Shown here one piece after another: positions 38,806 to 48,694 of a stretch of DNA of 64,000 bases. The position numbers and the translations under genes are program-made. Location of the stretch: contig JBDRBL010000003.1 of the NCBI GenBank assembly GCA_043822685.1, positions 4,659 to 68,658 on the forward strand, given 5' to 3'. This stretch comes from Candidatus Shapirobacteria bacterium (GTDB taxonomy: Bacteria > Patescibacteriota > Microgenomatia > PFEM01 > JBDRBL01). The stretch's first letter is position 1. Each line of letters starts with the position of its first letter. The notes under the pieces are model-generated. The model had not been told where the DNA came from. It saw nothing but the letters and a program-made list of their open reading frames with translations, and made no database searches.

Positions 38806-39198
38806 ATGATTACTTTCAAACAAAAGCAACTTTTAGCTCAAGAAAATTTTGCGCTGGCGACGTGCGATAAAAATGGCCAACCAAACGCAATTGCGGTTGG
38901 TTGCGCCGAGACGGTAGGGGGGGATCTTATTTTAATTACGGATAATTTTATGAATAAAACTAAGAAAAATATTCTGGAAAATAATAAAGTTGCTTTGGCA
39001 GTTTGGTCGAAAAATGGGGATGAGGGCTATCAATTTAAAGGTAAAGCTGATTATCTAACTTCTGGAGAATACAAAGAGCGAGTTGATAATGATCCGGACA
39101 ATCAAGGTCTGGCCCACAAGGCGGCGATGTTGGTGCATGTTGAGGAAATTTACGACTTGGCTAACCCGAAACTTCTTTGGCAAAAACCCAAAAAATAA
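38806..39198 (+). CDS. pyridoxamine 5'-phosphate oxidase-like FMN-binding protein
   Basis: LATCDKNGQPN, KTKKNILEN.KV, GYQFKG. Confidence 0.85.
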   Translation: MITFKQKQLLAQENFALATCDKNGQPNAIAVGCAETVGGDLILITDNFMNKTKKNILENNKVALAVWSKNGDEGYQFKGKADYLTSGEYKERVDNDPDNQGLAHKAAMLVHVEEIYDLANPKLLWQKPKK

Positions 39199-39204
39199 CC
39201 ACGA

Positions 39205-39241
39205 TTGACATTTGATATGATGATACGTATCATCATATCAA
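39205..39241 (+). promoter_or_regulatory. sigma70 promoter overlapped by a perfect 30-bp palindrome
   Basis: TTGACA(39205)-17-TATCAT; TTGATATGATGATACGTATCATCATATCAA at 39212-39241. Confidence 0.85.
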
Positions 39242-39250
39242 GGAGGGAAG

Positions 39251-39691
39251 ATGACACAGATTTCTAAGCGTCCATTAGATAAGAAAATTGAGAGCGAGTT
39301 GTTTCAACTTCTAGTTAAAGCCATTGCCGACTTAAGAAATTCCGAAGAGATCGAAGAATTTTTAGCTGATTTTTTGTCACCGGTGGAAAAAATTATGCTG
39401 GCCAAAAGATTGGGAATTGCCGTCTTGATGGGAAAAAATTATGACTATCGGCAGGTGAAAGAAGTTTTAAAAGTTACTCCGGGAACGATTGCGGCCGTAA
39501 ATTTGAAGTACAAATATGCCAATCGAGGCTATAAAAAAGTGGTCGAGAAGATTCTCAAACAAGAAAAAACAGGGGAGTTGTTCAATAGAATTGGCGATTT
39601 TTTGACCTCGGTTCCTCCCAAAGGTGGCGATTGGTCGGTTTGGCGCCGGCGCAAAGAACAGGCCAAAGTCGCCCGCCAAAAAATACTCTGA
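39251..39691 (+). CDS. TrpR-like (YerC/YecD) DNA-binding protein
   Basis: FL.DFLSPVEKIMLAKRL.IAVL, YRQVKEVLKVTPGTIA HTH. Confidence 0.85.
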   Translation: MTQISKRPLDKKIESELFQLLVKAIADLRNSEEIEEFLADFLSPVEKIMLAKRLGIAVLMGKNYDYRQVKEVLKVTPGTIAAVNLKYKYANRGYKKVVEKILKQEKTGELFNRIGDFLTSVPPKGGDWSVWRRRKEQAKVARQKIL

Positions 39692-39710
39692 TGATACGAA
39701 TCATCGTAGT
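39685..39710. repeat. 26-bp dispersed palindrome copy
   Basis: ACTCTGATGATACGAATCATCGTAGT; contains the stops of both convergent genes. Confidence 0.85.
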
Positions 39711-40192
39711 AAGGTGAATTGACTTAAGGTTTTGATAAAACAACTAATTTTTTCTTCAAATTTTTCCTGCCAGACTTTGGGGGCGGTGAGAGCTAGGGTG
39801 GCGATTGGTTTTTGATCGATGATTTTGGCCATGTCGGTAAAAGTTTTGTCCACGCCCGAGCTATGATAAGTGACAAAAAAAGCCACTTTGTTAAATTTCT
39901 TTTTATTTTGAGTTAAAAAAGTTTTTATGGGTGAAGAGAGAGTAAAGGCCCAAATAGGGGTACCGATTATAACGAGGGAGTAGTTAGTCAGGACACGGTC
40001 TTTAGTCGAAAACTGAATTGGAACAAAAATTTTTAACATCGTGGAACGGCCGGCTTTGAGATAACCTACTGGTCCCAAGCCAATCGACGGGCAAAGAATT
40101 TCCAAAATATCCGCCTTTAATTTTTCTGCCAGTTTCAAAGCGATTTTTTTGGTGGTTCCTGTTCGAGAGTAAAAAGCGACTAAAATCCTCAC
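39701..40192 (-). CDS. flavodoxin family protein
   Basis: FYSRTGTT, IGTPIW, KVAFFVT. Confidence 0.88.
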   Translation of the reverse strand: MRILVAFYSRTGTTKKIALKLAEKLKADILEILCPSIGLGPVGYLKAGRSTMLKIFVPIQFSTKDRVLTNYSLVIIGTPIWAFTLSSPIKTFLTQNKKKFNKVAFFVTYHSSGVDKTFTDMAKIIDQKPIATLALTAPKVWQEKFEEKISCFIKTLSQFTLLR

Positions 40193-40245
40193 TAAAACGA
40201 TTATACCACCTTGTTTTTTTCCTCAAAATTTGCGAAAATTAAAGC

Positions 40246-41325
40246 GTGTACGAACCGGAGTTTACGATTACCCAAGAGATTCTTAGCAATATTGGTCGGA
40301 TTGAGGCGGCTAAAGAGGTGATCGAAAATGCGCCCTTGGTGCCGATTTACGAGGCGCGTTTTGTTTCCGATGCCCTTAACCGAACCGTCCACCACAGCAC
40401 CCATTTGGAAGGCAACGATTTGACCCTGCAGGAGGCAAAAAAGATTATTGAGGGGGAAAACATTGTTGCCCGTACCCGCGATGTCCAAGAGGTAATTAAT
40501 TATCGCAATGTCCTTAAACACCTTGACGGTTTGGAAAAAGATCTGCGCGAAGGCTGGCAGTATGATCCCGACGTTCTGGGAAAGATTAACGAAATCGTTT
40601 GTGATCGTTTGATTGATCCCGGCCAATTAGGCGTTTTTCGCTCTGTCCAAGCGATCTTAAAAGATGATCAAAGCGGCGAAATCGTTTTTCGTCCGCCGCC
40701 GGCAGTGGAGGTCCCTTATCTTTTGGAAGACTTTTTTGCTTGGCTTAATTCTGTTGAGGGTAAAAAAATCCATCCGGTTCTGCGCGCCGGCATTGCTCAT
40801 TATTATCTCGTGGCGGTTCACCCTTTTGTCGAGGGCAACGGCCGCTCCGCTCGCACCTTTGCCACTCTTGTCCTGTTTGCTGAAAATTATGACATTAAAA
40901 AGTTTTTCTCTTTGGAAGAATATTTTGACAAAGACTCCGCTCAATATTATCAGGCCCTTTTTGATGTTGACACTTCCCATTCCGATTCCGATATTGGCAG
41001 TCGCGATCTAACTCCCTGGCTGGAATATTTTACCCAAGCGATGGCGATTGAACTGACTCGCATTAAAGAAAAAGTTAAACAACTTTCTTTGGATGTCAAG
41101 ATCAAGCGGCAGATTGGCCATCAGGTGCCTCTCAAGGAGCGGCAGATGAAAATTATGGAGTATCTGGAGGCCAATGGTTCAATGACGACCGCAGAGGCGC
41201 GGGTGGCGGTGCCGGGTTATTCTGATGATAGTTTAGTGCGCGATTTTAATTATCTTTTAAATAAGGGCTTGCTTCGAAAAGTGGGCAAAACTAAATCTGC
41301 CCGGTATTGTTTGAAAAAATCATGA
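40246..41325 (+). CDS. Fic family AMPylase with C-terminal wHTH
   Basis: STHLEGN inhibitory motif, HPFVEGNGRSAR. Confidence 0.92.
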   Translation: MYEPEFTITQEILSNIGRIEAAKEVIENAPLVPIYEARFVSDALNRTVHHSTHLEGNDLTLQEAKKIIEGENIVARTRDVQEVINYRNVLKHLDGLEKDLREGWQYDPDVLGKINEIVCDRLIDPGQLGVFRSVQAILKDDQSGEIVFRPPPAVEVPYLLEDFFAWLNSVEGKKIHPVLRAGIAHYYLVAVHPFVEGNGRSARTFATLVLFAENYDIKKFFSLEEYFDKDSAQYYQALFDVDTSHSDSDIGSRDLTPWLEYFTQAMAIELTRIKEKVKQLSLDVKIKRQIGHQVPLKERQMKIMEYLEANGSMTTAEARVAVPGYSDDSLVRDFNYLLNKGLLRKVGKTKSARYCLKKS

Positions 41326-43040
41326 CCTTTTTTGAATTGGCGCAGTTTTTGGCTCGTCTGGAGGCAACTTCTTCTCGTCTGCAAATTACGCAAATTTTGG
41401 CGGAACTGTTTGCTAAGACCAATCAAGAAGAGATTGATAAGGTTTGCTATCTAACTCAAGGTTGTTTGGCGCCGTCTTATGAAGGCTTGGAATTTAATTT
41501 GGCGGAAAAATTATTAATTCGAGCTGTAGCCCGGGCAGCCGATACCACTGAGACAGAAGTGAAAAAACTTTATCAGCAAAAAGGCGATCTTGGTGATGTG
41601 GTCAAAGAATTAAGAATTAAGTCCCGCCGCAGCGGGATAAAACTAACTGAAGTTTATGGGCTTTTAAGGAGAATTGCCCGAGAGAGCGGCGAGGGATCGG
41701 TGGAAAGAAAGATTGATTTGATGGCTGATTTACTCCGCCGGCTTGATTCTTTGAGCGCCAAATATGTGGCCCGTATTCCTTTGGGGAAATTGCGTTTGGG
41801 TTTTTCCGAATTAACAATTTTGGACGCATTATCTTGGTTAATGAGTGGCGATAAACGTCATCGGGAAGAAATTGAGAGAGCTTATGAGGTTAGAGCTGAC
41901 ATTGGAGCAATTGCCAAATTGGTTAAAACTTCCGGCCTGCAGGGCTTGAAGACCATCGAACCGGAGGTGGGGGTGCCGATTTTGTCTGCCTTGTGTCAAC
42001 GTCTGCCGGCTTTTGAAGAAATGATTGAGAAAATGGGCGAGGTGGCAGTGGAGCCAAAATATGACGGCAGCCGGGTCCAAATTCACTACCGACGCAAATT
42101 GCCGATTTTAAGAATTTTTACCAGGAATTTGGAAAATGTGACTCATATGTATCCGGATTTAGTCAGGGCAGTTAAGGGAGAAATTAAAGCTGATGAGGTG
42201 ATTTTAGATGGTGAAGCGGTTGGTTTTGACCCCCGAACTGATCGGATTTTACCTTTTCAGGAGACAATCAAACGCAAACGCAAGTATGAAATTGCCCTTT
42301 TTAGCCAGAGTATTCCGCTAAAATGTTTTGTTTTTGATATTTTGGTTTACAACGGTCGGAATATGATGACGAGACCTCTAAATGAGCGGAGAAAAATTCT
42401 TGAGCGAGTTGTGCTTGGTGGCACACTGGTTTTAACACCGCAAATTGTGACACAAAAAATTGATGAGTTAAAAAGATTTTACGATCGGCAAATTGCTCGT
42501 GGCTTGGAGGGGGTAGTGGCCAAAAAATGGGACTCGGTTTATGATCCGGGCCGGCGAGGTTTTAACTGGGTGAAGCTCAAAAGCGAAACGAGTAAAAAAG
42601 GCGCGGGGTTGGCTGACACTTTGGATTGTGCGGTCATGGGCTTGTATCGGGGCAAGGGCAAGCGCACCGGTTTTGGCGTCGGGGCTTTTTTGGTGGGGGT
42701 TCGCCGAAGCGAAAATATTGACAACTTTCTTTCGGTTTCCAAAATCGGTACTGGACTTACAGATGAACAGTTTCGTGAGTTAAAGGCTCGAAGTGAACAG
42801 TTAATAGCTAATAGTAAACAGTCAAGCTATCAAGTTGATAAGAACCTGGAACCGGATGTTTGGTTGAAGCCGGGTTTGGTAGTGGAGATTCAGGCGGATA
42901 ATATTACCGTTTCACCCATTCACACTGCCGGTTATGCGCTGCGTTTTCCGCGTTTGGTGCGGTTTCGCGACGATAAAAAGGCTTCCCAAGCTACAACACT
43001 GGCAGAGTTGAAAAAACTTTACCAACTCCAAAAACGGTAA
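41322..43040 (+). CDS. lig: ATP-dependent DNA ligase (archaeal-type, with N-terminal DBD)
   Basis: EPKYDGSR, LDGE, EGVVAK, WVKLK, LRFPR. Confidence 0.93.
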   Translation: MTFFELAQFLARLEATSSRLQITQILAELFAKTNQEEIDKVCYLTQGCLAPSYEGLEFNLAEKLLIRAVARAADTTETEVKKLYQQKGDLGDVVKELRIKSRRSGIKLTEVYGLLRRIARESGEGSVERKIDLMADLLRRLDSLSAKYVARIPLGKLRLGFSELTILDALSWLMSGDKRHREEIERAYEVRADIGAIAKLVKTSGLQGLKTIEPEVGVPILSALCQRLPAFEEMIEKMGEVAVEPKYDGSRVQIHYRRKLPILRIFTRNLENVTHMYPDLVRAVKGEIKADEVILDGEAVGFDPRTDRILPFQETIKRKRKYEIALFSQSIPLKCFVFDILVYNGRNMMTRPLNERRKILERVVLGGTLVLTPQIVTQKIDELKRFYDRQIARGLEGVVAKKWDSVYDPGRRGFNWVKLKSETSKKGAGLADTLDCAVMGLYRGKGKRTGFGVGAFLVGVRRSENIDNFLSVSKIGTGLTDEQFRELKARSEQLIANSKQSSYQVDKNLEPDVWLKPGLVVEIQADNITVSPIHTAGYALRFPRLVRFRDDKKASQATTLAELKKLYQLQKR

Positions 43041-43044
43041 CGGT

Positions 43045-44604
43045 ATGATCAAAAATTTTTTTGTATTTTTGTTTTGTTTGTTTTTCAGTTCTTCATCTGT
43101 CTTTGCCTCGGAATTACCTAATAACAAATTTGGCATTCATTTGGCAGTGCCGAACAAGGACGATCTAATCGCCGCGGCTAAACTGGTTAATTCCAATGGC
43201 GGCGATTGGGGCTACGTAACTTTGGTAATTCAAGACAATGATTTGGATCAAAATAAGTGGCAGGGAATTTTTGATCACCTGCGTGAGCTGCATGTGATTC
43301 CCTTGATTCGCCTGGCGACTCATCCGGAAAACGAGGGTTGGGCAAGGCCAACGGTTGACCAAGCAGAAAAATGGGCCATTTTTCTGGATTCTTTAAATTG
43401 GGTGGTTAAAAACCGCTACGTGATTTTGTTTAATGAGCCCAATCATGCCACCGAGTGGGGTGGAGAGGTGGATCCGGCAAATTATCAGGCGGTAGCGCAA
43501 GCTTTTATTACGGCTTTAAAAAACAAAAACCCGGACTTTTTTGTCATGCTTGCTGCGTTTGACGCCGCCGCGCCTCATCAGCCGCCGCGCTATGAAAGTG
43601 AAGCCGTTTTTTTGCGTGCTATTAGAGATTTATTTCCCTTAATTGACGGTTGGGCGTCGCATAGTTATCAGGGAGAGGAGTACCTAAAATCACCTCCAAA
43701 TCTTCCTGTCTTTATCACCGAAACCGGGTTTCGGCACGCTGAAGGGATTGGCTACGACCGCAAGCTGCCGACTGCGGCCAAAACAGCCACTCTGACCGTT
43801 AACTTGTTGCAGAAATTGATTCGCGATCCGCATGTAACTGCGGTGACCCCCTTTCTTTTAAATTATCAAGCCGAGCCGTTTGATCATTTTTCCTGGCAAA
43901 AATTTAACTCGAGTGAGTTTTATCCACAATACGGGGCAATACAAGATTTAGCCAAAGTTGCCGGTGAACCACGGCAAGAGCAAAAACTAGTCGTGGAACC
44001 AACTTTATCTCATCGCTTGCTAGCGGATTCGACTTATCAAATTCCGATTAAAATTAAAAATGAAGGTCAGGCAATTTGGTCTAAAGATGAAGGTTATCAA
44101 GTGCAATTGCAATTTCCTGACCAGCCGGAGTGGGAGTATTTTTTTACCGATTTTACCAACTTAAAACCTTTTCAAAGCGAAACTTTGTGGCTACATCTTA
44201 AAACCGAAGGTCAAACTGATCCGGCGACTTTAAAAATCGCTGTTGCCAAAAATGGCGAAACCATCTCCAATTTGGTTGAGTGGCCGGTGGAAGTTTTGCC
44301 GCCGATTAATTTAGAGCTAAAAGTCCCGCGGCTATTCTCTCGTTTTACGGCACCAACTGGCTTTAAACTGGTAATCTATGATTCTCAGGAGCAAGTGGTT
44401 TATGTTAGAGAAAAATTAACGGCGGTTAACGGCCGAATTAGAGTTGAGGGAGTGAATAATTTGACGCTGGATCAGCCATATCGCTTGGTGATGGTCAAAG
44501 ACGGCTACTTGCCCCGCCAGACTTTTTTGACGCCTGACGCGGGTGACAACAGCGTTGTTTTTAAACTAATGCTTTTGGACCTGCAAGCTTTACTTTCACT
44601 ATGA
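43045..44604 (+). CDS. secreted clan GH-A-like glycoside hydrolase with Ig-like tail
   Basis: Signal peptide, FNEPN, SHSY, ITETG. Confidence 0.65.
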   Translation: MIKNFFVFLFCLFFSSSSVFASELPNNKFGIHLAVPNKDDLIAAAKLVNSNGGDWGYVTLVIQDNDLDQNKWQGIFDHLRELHVIPLIRLATHPENEGWARPTVDQAEKWAIFLDSLNWVVKNRYVILFNEPNHATEWGGEVDPANYQAVAQAFITALKNKNPDFFVMLAAFDAAAPHQPPRYESEAVFLRAIRDLFPLIDGWASHSYQGEEYLKSPPNLPVFITETGFRHAEGIGYDRKLPTAAKTATLTVNLLQKLIRDPHVTAVTPFLLNYQAEPFDHFSWQKFNSSEFYPQYGAIQDLAKVAGEPRQEQKLVVEPTLSHRLLADSTYQIPIKIKNEGQAIWSKDEGYQVQLQFPDQPEWEYFFTDFTNLKPFQSETLWLHLKTEGQTDPATLKIAVAKNGETISNLVEWPVEVLPPINLELKVPRLFSRFTAPTGFKLVIYDSQEQVVYVREKLTAVNGRIRVEGVNNLTLDQPYRLVMVKDGYLPRQTFLTPDAGDNSVVFKLMLLDLQALLSL

Positions 44605-44623
44605 TGATACGTATTATCGTAGT
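44598..44623. repeat. 26-bp dispersed palindrome copy
   Basis: (TTTC)ACTATGATGATACGTATTATCGTAGT(GAAA). Confidence 0.85.
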
Positions 44624-44658
44624 GAAAAAACAGATGACGGTTGAGATACTAACAAATC

Positions 44659-44937
44659 TTGGCCCGGACGATCCGTATCCGAAGACGGATTATGAGCCTA
44701 CGGCCGCAGAGAGAGATTAGAAAAAGTATGGACGGGTTGTTTGTATTTTTCATATATTTACAAGGTAATCCTTATCCGGGGAAAGGCTTTTCTCTTCAAA
44801 AAGGTCAGGAATTTTTGGAATTAGCCAGATTGCAACCAACTTGGACAGCGGAAAATTTGCGGCCTCTTTGGCAAGAACTTTATGATTTTTTGAAGCCGCA
44901 GACGGGCGTGATAAATCACGCCCCTACACAAGATTAA
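44659..44937 (+). CDS. hypothetical protein or gene fragment
   Basis: ORF between a palindrome and a REP; its C-terminus (GVINHAPT) is REP-encoded. Confidence 0.3.
   Translation: MARTIRIRRRIMSLRPQREIRKSMDGLFVFFIYLQGNPYPGKGFSLQKGQEFLELARLQPTWTAENLRPLWQELYDFLKPQTGVINHAPTQD
44904..44928. repeat. REP palindrome
   Basis: GGGCGTGAT-AA-ATCACGCCC-CTACA. Confidence 0.75.
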
Positions 44938-44977
44938 TCAAATTTTTTTGTTTAATTTTTTGTGCTAAACTGGAGAG

Positions 44978-47317
44978 GTGCAAGGATTAAGCGGCCAAGA
45001 AGCTAGGCAAAAACTTCAGCAATTTGGTTTTAATGAATTACAAGCAGTCAGGGGAGTTTCTTTTGGCGAGTTGTTGGTGTCGCAATTTCGCTCGCCCTTG
45101 GTTTACGTTTTGCTCGCCTCGGCTCTAATTACTTTGTACTTAAAAGATTGGACCGATTCCTTGGTGATCTTTATTGCTGTTTTGGCCACGGGATTTTTTG
45201 GCTACTGGCAGGAGAGTCGAGCGCAAAAAGCCCTCGTTGCCTTGCGAAAAACAATTGTTTCTCAAGCTAAAGTGATACGCGAAGGCAAGCAAAGATTCAT
45301 TCCTGTCCGCGAGTTGGTTCCCGGCGACGTGGTGATTTTAACTATTGGTGATCAGGTTCCCGCCGACGGGGTTTTGTTTGAATCAACTGACCTTTTAATT
45401 AACGAAGCCATTCTAACCGGCGAGTCGCTGCCGGTGAAAAAGAAAACCGGCGAGACCGCTTTTATGGGAACGATTATCAGTCATGGGATTGCCCGCATGA
45501 AGGTTTCAATTACTGGTCGTCAAACCAAAATGGGGCGAATTGGCCAATTGGTGAGCCAGATTGATGACCAGAAAACACCTCTGCAGCTTCAATTGTCTCG
45601 ATTGGTGGGCCAAATAAGCTTGATTTCTTTAGCGGTGGGTGGAGTAATTTTTGTCTTAAGTGGCAATTTCCCTTTGGCAGTAGCCGTGGTCGTGGCGGCA
45701 ATTCCCGAGGGCTTGGTGGTGTCATTGACAATTATTTTAGCTTTGGGCATGAAGCGTTTGTTTAAACGCAAGGCCTTGGTGCGGCGTTTTATTGGCGCCG
45801 AGACGTTGGGGTCGATCTCAACTTTGTGTTTGGATAAAACAGGTACGCTTACCGAGGGAAAAATGAGCGTGGTTGATTTTTTAACTGACGATAAAGAGTT
45901 GTTGGTTAAGGCGGCGCTATGGTGTAACGATATGCGCGATCCCCTCGAGATCGCTATGACGGAATGGGGGAAGAAAGAAGCAAAGAGCAAAGAGCAAATG
46001 GCAAATAGCCAGAGATTGGATGAGATCCCGTTTTCTCCGCAGGCAAAATTGATTGCTACCCTGCACCAGGGCGGCTTGCTTTTAGTTTCCGGCGCGCCGG
46101 AGGCAATTTTGGCTAAATGTTCTCATCCACCTAATTTGGACAAGCAATTCGAAATTTTTGCCCAACAAGGTTTACGTCTTGTTGGTTTTGCCTCAAAGCA
46201 GGTTAGCAATAAGCAATTAGCAATTAGCAATTCTGATCTTAGTGATCTTTCCTGGCTCGGAATTCTCGTTTTTGAGGATCCGATCCGAGAGGGCGTGGCT
46301 CAGATGATCCAACAATGCTATCAAGCGGGTTTAAAAATCAAAGTGATTACCGGTGATTATCCGGAAACGGCCAAGGCGATTATTAATAAATTAAAAATTG
46401 TCGGAGATGGTGTGATTACCGGTGAGGAGTTGAAAGAACTTTCTTTTGAGGAGTTAAAGGAGGTGATCGATCAGATTGTTCTGTTTGCCCGGACGGCTCC
46501 GGATCAAAAATTAAAAATTGTTCAGGCTCTGAAAGCCAAGGGTGAAGTGGTGGGGATGATGGGAGATGGCGTGAATGATGCCCCGGCGCTGGCCGCGGCC
46601 GATGTTGGCATCGTGATGGATAATGCGGTTGATGTGGCCAAACAAACCGCGCAACTGGTTTTGCTTGATTCCAATTTTGCCACCATTTTGGCGGCGATTG
46701 AAGGCGGCCGGAGTATTTTTGACAATATTCGCAAGACGGTTATTTATTTGCTTTCGGATAGCTTGATCGAGGTTACTTTTGTAGTGGGGGCGCTTTTGCT
46801 GGGCTTTCCGGCGCCTTTAGCGGCCGCGCAAATTATCTGGCTCAATCTGGTGGAGGATATTTTGCCCGGAATTGCCTTGGCTTTTGAACAAGGGGAGGCG
46901 GGTATTCTGTTGCGATCACCCCGTTTGCCGGGTACGGGGATTTTTACTTCTCGTTTTCGTTTTTTCACTTTGGCAATAGTTGTTGTTACCAACTTGCTTT
47001 TATGGCTAGTTCTTGTCTTTGGAGCTAGTCAAACTTTTATCTTTGCGGCGACCGGTTTACACTCGCTTCTGGCGGTTTTTGTTTTGCGTTCTTTTCACCG
47101 GCCTTTTTGGCGAAGTAAAATTTTTGCCAATCGGGCAATAAATTTGGCGGTGGGGATGGGGTTGTTTTTGCTCGTGCTGGCCATTTATTGGCCGCCCTTA
47201 CAGTTTTTACTTAAAACTCAGCCTTTGACCGCTTTTCAATGGCTGGCGCTTTTGGTGCTAGGCTTGATTAATTTGTTTTCACTTGAAGGGGTCAAAAAAT
47301 TGGCAAGGCTGGTATAA
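44978..47317 (+). CDS. P-type (P2, Ca2+-like) cation ATPase
   Basis: TGES, IPEGL, DKTGTLT, TGD, GDGVND. Confidence 0.92.
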   Translation: MQGLSGQEARQKLQQFGFNELQAVRGVSFGELLVSQFRSPLVYVLLASALITLYLKDWTDSLVIFIAVLATGFFGYWQESRAQKALVALRKTIVSQAKVIREGKQRFIPVRELVPGDVVILTIGDQVPADGVLFESTDLLINEAILTGESLPVKKKTGETAFMGTIISHGIARMKVSITGRQTKMGRIGQLVSQIDDQKTPLQLQLSRLVGQISLISLAVGGVIFVLSGNFPLAVAVVVAAIPEGLVVSLTIILALGMKRLFKRKALVRRFIGAETLGSISTLCLDKTGTLTEGKMSVVDFLTDDKELLVKAALWCNDMRDPLEIAMTEWGKKEAKSKEQMANSQRLDEIPFSPQAKLIATLHQGGLLLVSGAPEAILAKCSHPPNLDKQFEIFAQQGLRLVGFASKQVSNKQLAISNSDLSDLSWLGILVFEDPIREGVAQMIQQCYQAGLKIKVITGDYPETAKAIINKLKIVGDGVITGEELKELSFEELKEVIDQIVLFARTAPDQKLKIVQALKAKGEVVGMMGDGVNDAPALAAADVGIVMDNAVDVAKQTAQLVLLDSNFATILAAIEGGRSIFDNIRKTVIYLLSDSLIEVTFVVGALLLGFPAPLAAAQIIWLNLVEDILPGIALAFEQGEAGILLRSPRLPGTGIFTSRFRFFTLAIVVVTNLLLWLVLVFGASQTFIFAATGLHSLLAVFVLRSFHRPFWRSKIFANRAINLAVGMGLFLLVLAIYWPPLQFLLKTQPLTAFQWLALLVLGLINLFSLEGVKKLARLV

Positions 47318-47331
47318 TAAAATAGGGTTAA

Positions 47332-47844
47332 ATGATTTTAATTGTCGGTCTCGGCAATCCGGGCGAGCGGTATCAACATACCCGACATAATTTGGGGTTT
47401 GGAGTTGTTGACGAATTAATTAAAAATTATCCTTCCGTTGGAAAACAATTTATTTTTCTAAAACCACAAACTTTTGTGAATGCTTCCGGTTTTGCAGTTG
47501 CCAAAGCGGCCAATTTTTACAAAATTGCCCCCAAAGACATTTGGGTAATTCACGACGAGGTGGATCTGCCGCCGGGTAAAATTAAGATTCGTTTAGGCGG
47601 CGGGTCGGCTGGTCATCGGGGAGTGAGTTCGATTATCGAGAAACTGGGAACGGAGCGTTTTGTTCGTTTTCGCTTGGGAATTGGTCACCCCAAAGAATTG
47701 GACGACAAGCATTTATCAGTCGAAAAATATGTTTTGCAAAGTGACGCGCGTTTGACTAAAAAACTAATCAAAAAAGCCACCCAAGCAGTGATTTTTGCCT
47801 TGGAAAAAGGTCTGGAAAAAGCCATGAATCGTTTTAATTCCTGA
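47332..47844 (+). CDS. pth: peptidyl-tRNA hydrolase
   Basis: GLGNPG, TRHNLG, KPQTF, HDE, GHRG. Confidence 0.95.
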   Translation: MILIVGLGNPGERYQHTRHNLGFGVVDELIKNYPSVGKQFIFLKPQTFVNASGFAVAKAANFYKIAPKDIWVIHDEVDLPPGKIKIRLGGGSAGHRGVSSIIEKLGTERFVRFRLGIGHPKELDDKHLSVEKYVLQSDARLTKKLIKKATQAVIFALEKGLEKAMNRFNS

Positions 47845-48107
47845 TGCAATCACTCAAGGATCTACTCAAACATCATCATAATGACGCCAACAAATATGTG
47901 AGCCGGGAGTTTCAAGACTACGGCTATCGATTGGCGGTGGAGCTAGACGATTTGGCACATAAATCACTTTATATTAAACTAGCCAAAACTTTGCCCCGCG
48001 CGATTTTGGAACAAGCCCGCTCTTTTGTCAAAGACGCCAATGCCCGATCAAGGGGGAAGTTATTTATGTGGAAAGTGGGGGAGTTATCTCACGCCCGTTC
48101 GACGTAG
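47844..48107 (+). CDS. hypothetical protein
   Basis: 87 aa, coupled to pth. Confidence 0.7.
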   Translation: MQSLKDLLKHHHNDANKYVSREFQDYGYRLAVELDDLAHKSLYIKLAKTLPRAILEQARSFVKDANARSRGKLFMWKVGELSHARST

Positions 48108-48652
48108 TTGCCGTTAGCAACATTGATGACAATTATTTCGCCTTCTTTGATAAATAAGGGCACTTGGAGTTTGTAGCCGGTTTCCACTTCAGCCTCTTTG
48201 GTGGCGCCGGTGACGGTGTTGCCCCGCACGCCCGGATCGGTGCGAGTAACTTTAAGACGGACTTTGAGAGGCGGGCGCATGGAGACAGCCTGATCATTCA
48301 GGGTAAAAATTTGATAAATATCGCCTTCTTTCATCAATTCGGCAAAATTAGCGACAATTTCTTTGTTTAAGCGATATTGTTCGTAGTTGCGTGGGTTCAT
48401 TAAGACCAATTCCTCGCCTTCGGGATAAAGATATTGCATTTCCACCGTTTCCACCAGCGCTTCTTCTACCATTTCATTGGACTTAAAAGTAAATTCCAAA
48501 ACTGCGCCAGTGGCTAAATTTTTAAGCTTGGTACGATAAAAAGCCGAGCCCTTGCCCGGCGAGACAAAAAATTTATCGGTAATCAGATGCGGTGAATCGC
48601 GAAAAACCAAACACTCGCCTTTTTTGAGATCAGCAATCCCCGTCTTGGCCAT
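48089..48652 (-). CDS. efp: elongation factor P
   Basis: PGKGSAF, PGVRGNT, ETG..VPLFI, YVER. Confidence 0.95.
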   Translation of the reverse strand: MAKTGIADLKKGECLVFRDSPHLITDKFFVSPGKGSAFYRTKLKNLATGAVLEFTFKSNEMVEEALVETVEMQYLYPEGEELVLMNPRNYEQYRLNKEIVANFAELMKEGDIYQIFTLNDQAVSMRPPLKVRLKVTRTDPGVRGNTVTGATKEAEVETGYKLQVPLFIKEGEIIVINVANGNYVERA

Positions 48653-48694
48653 GAGGGGTATTTTACCCGATGGTTAAGCGTATGGCAATATGCC

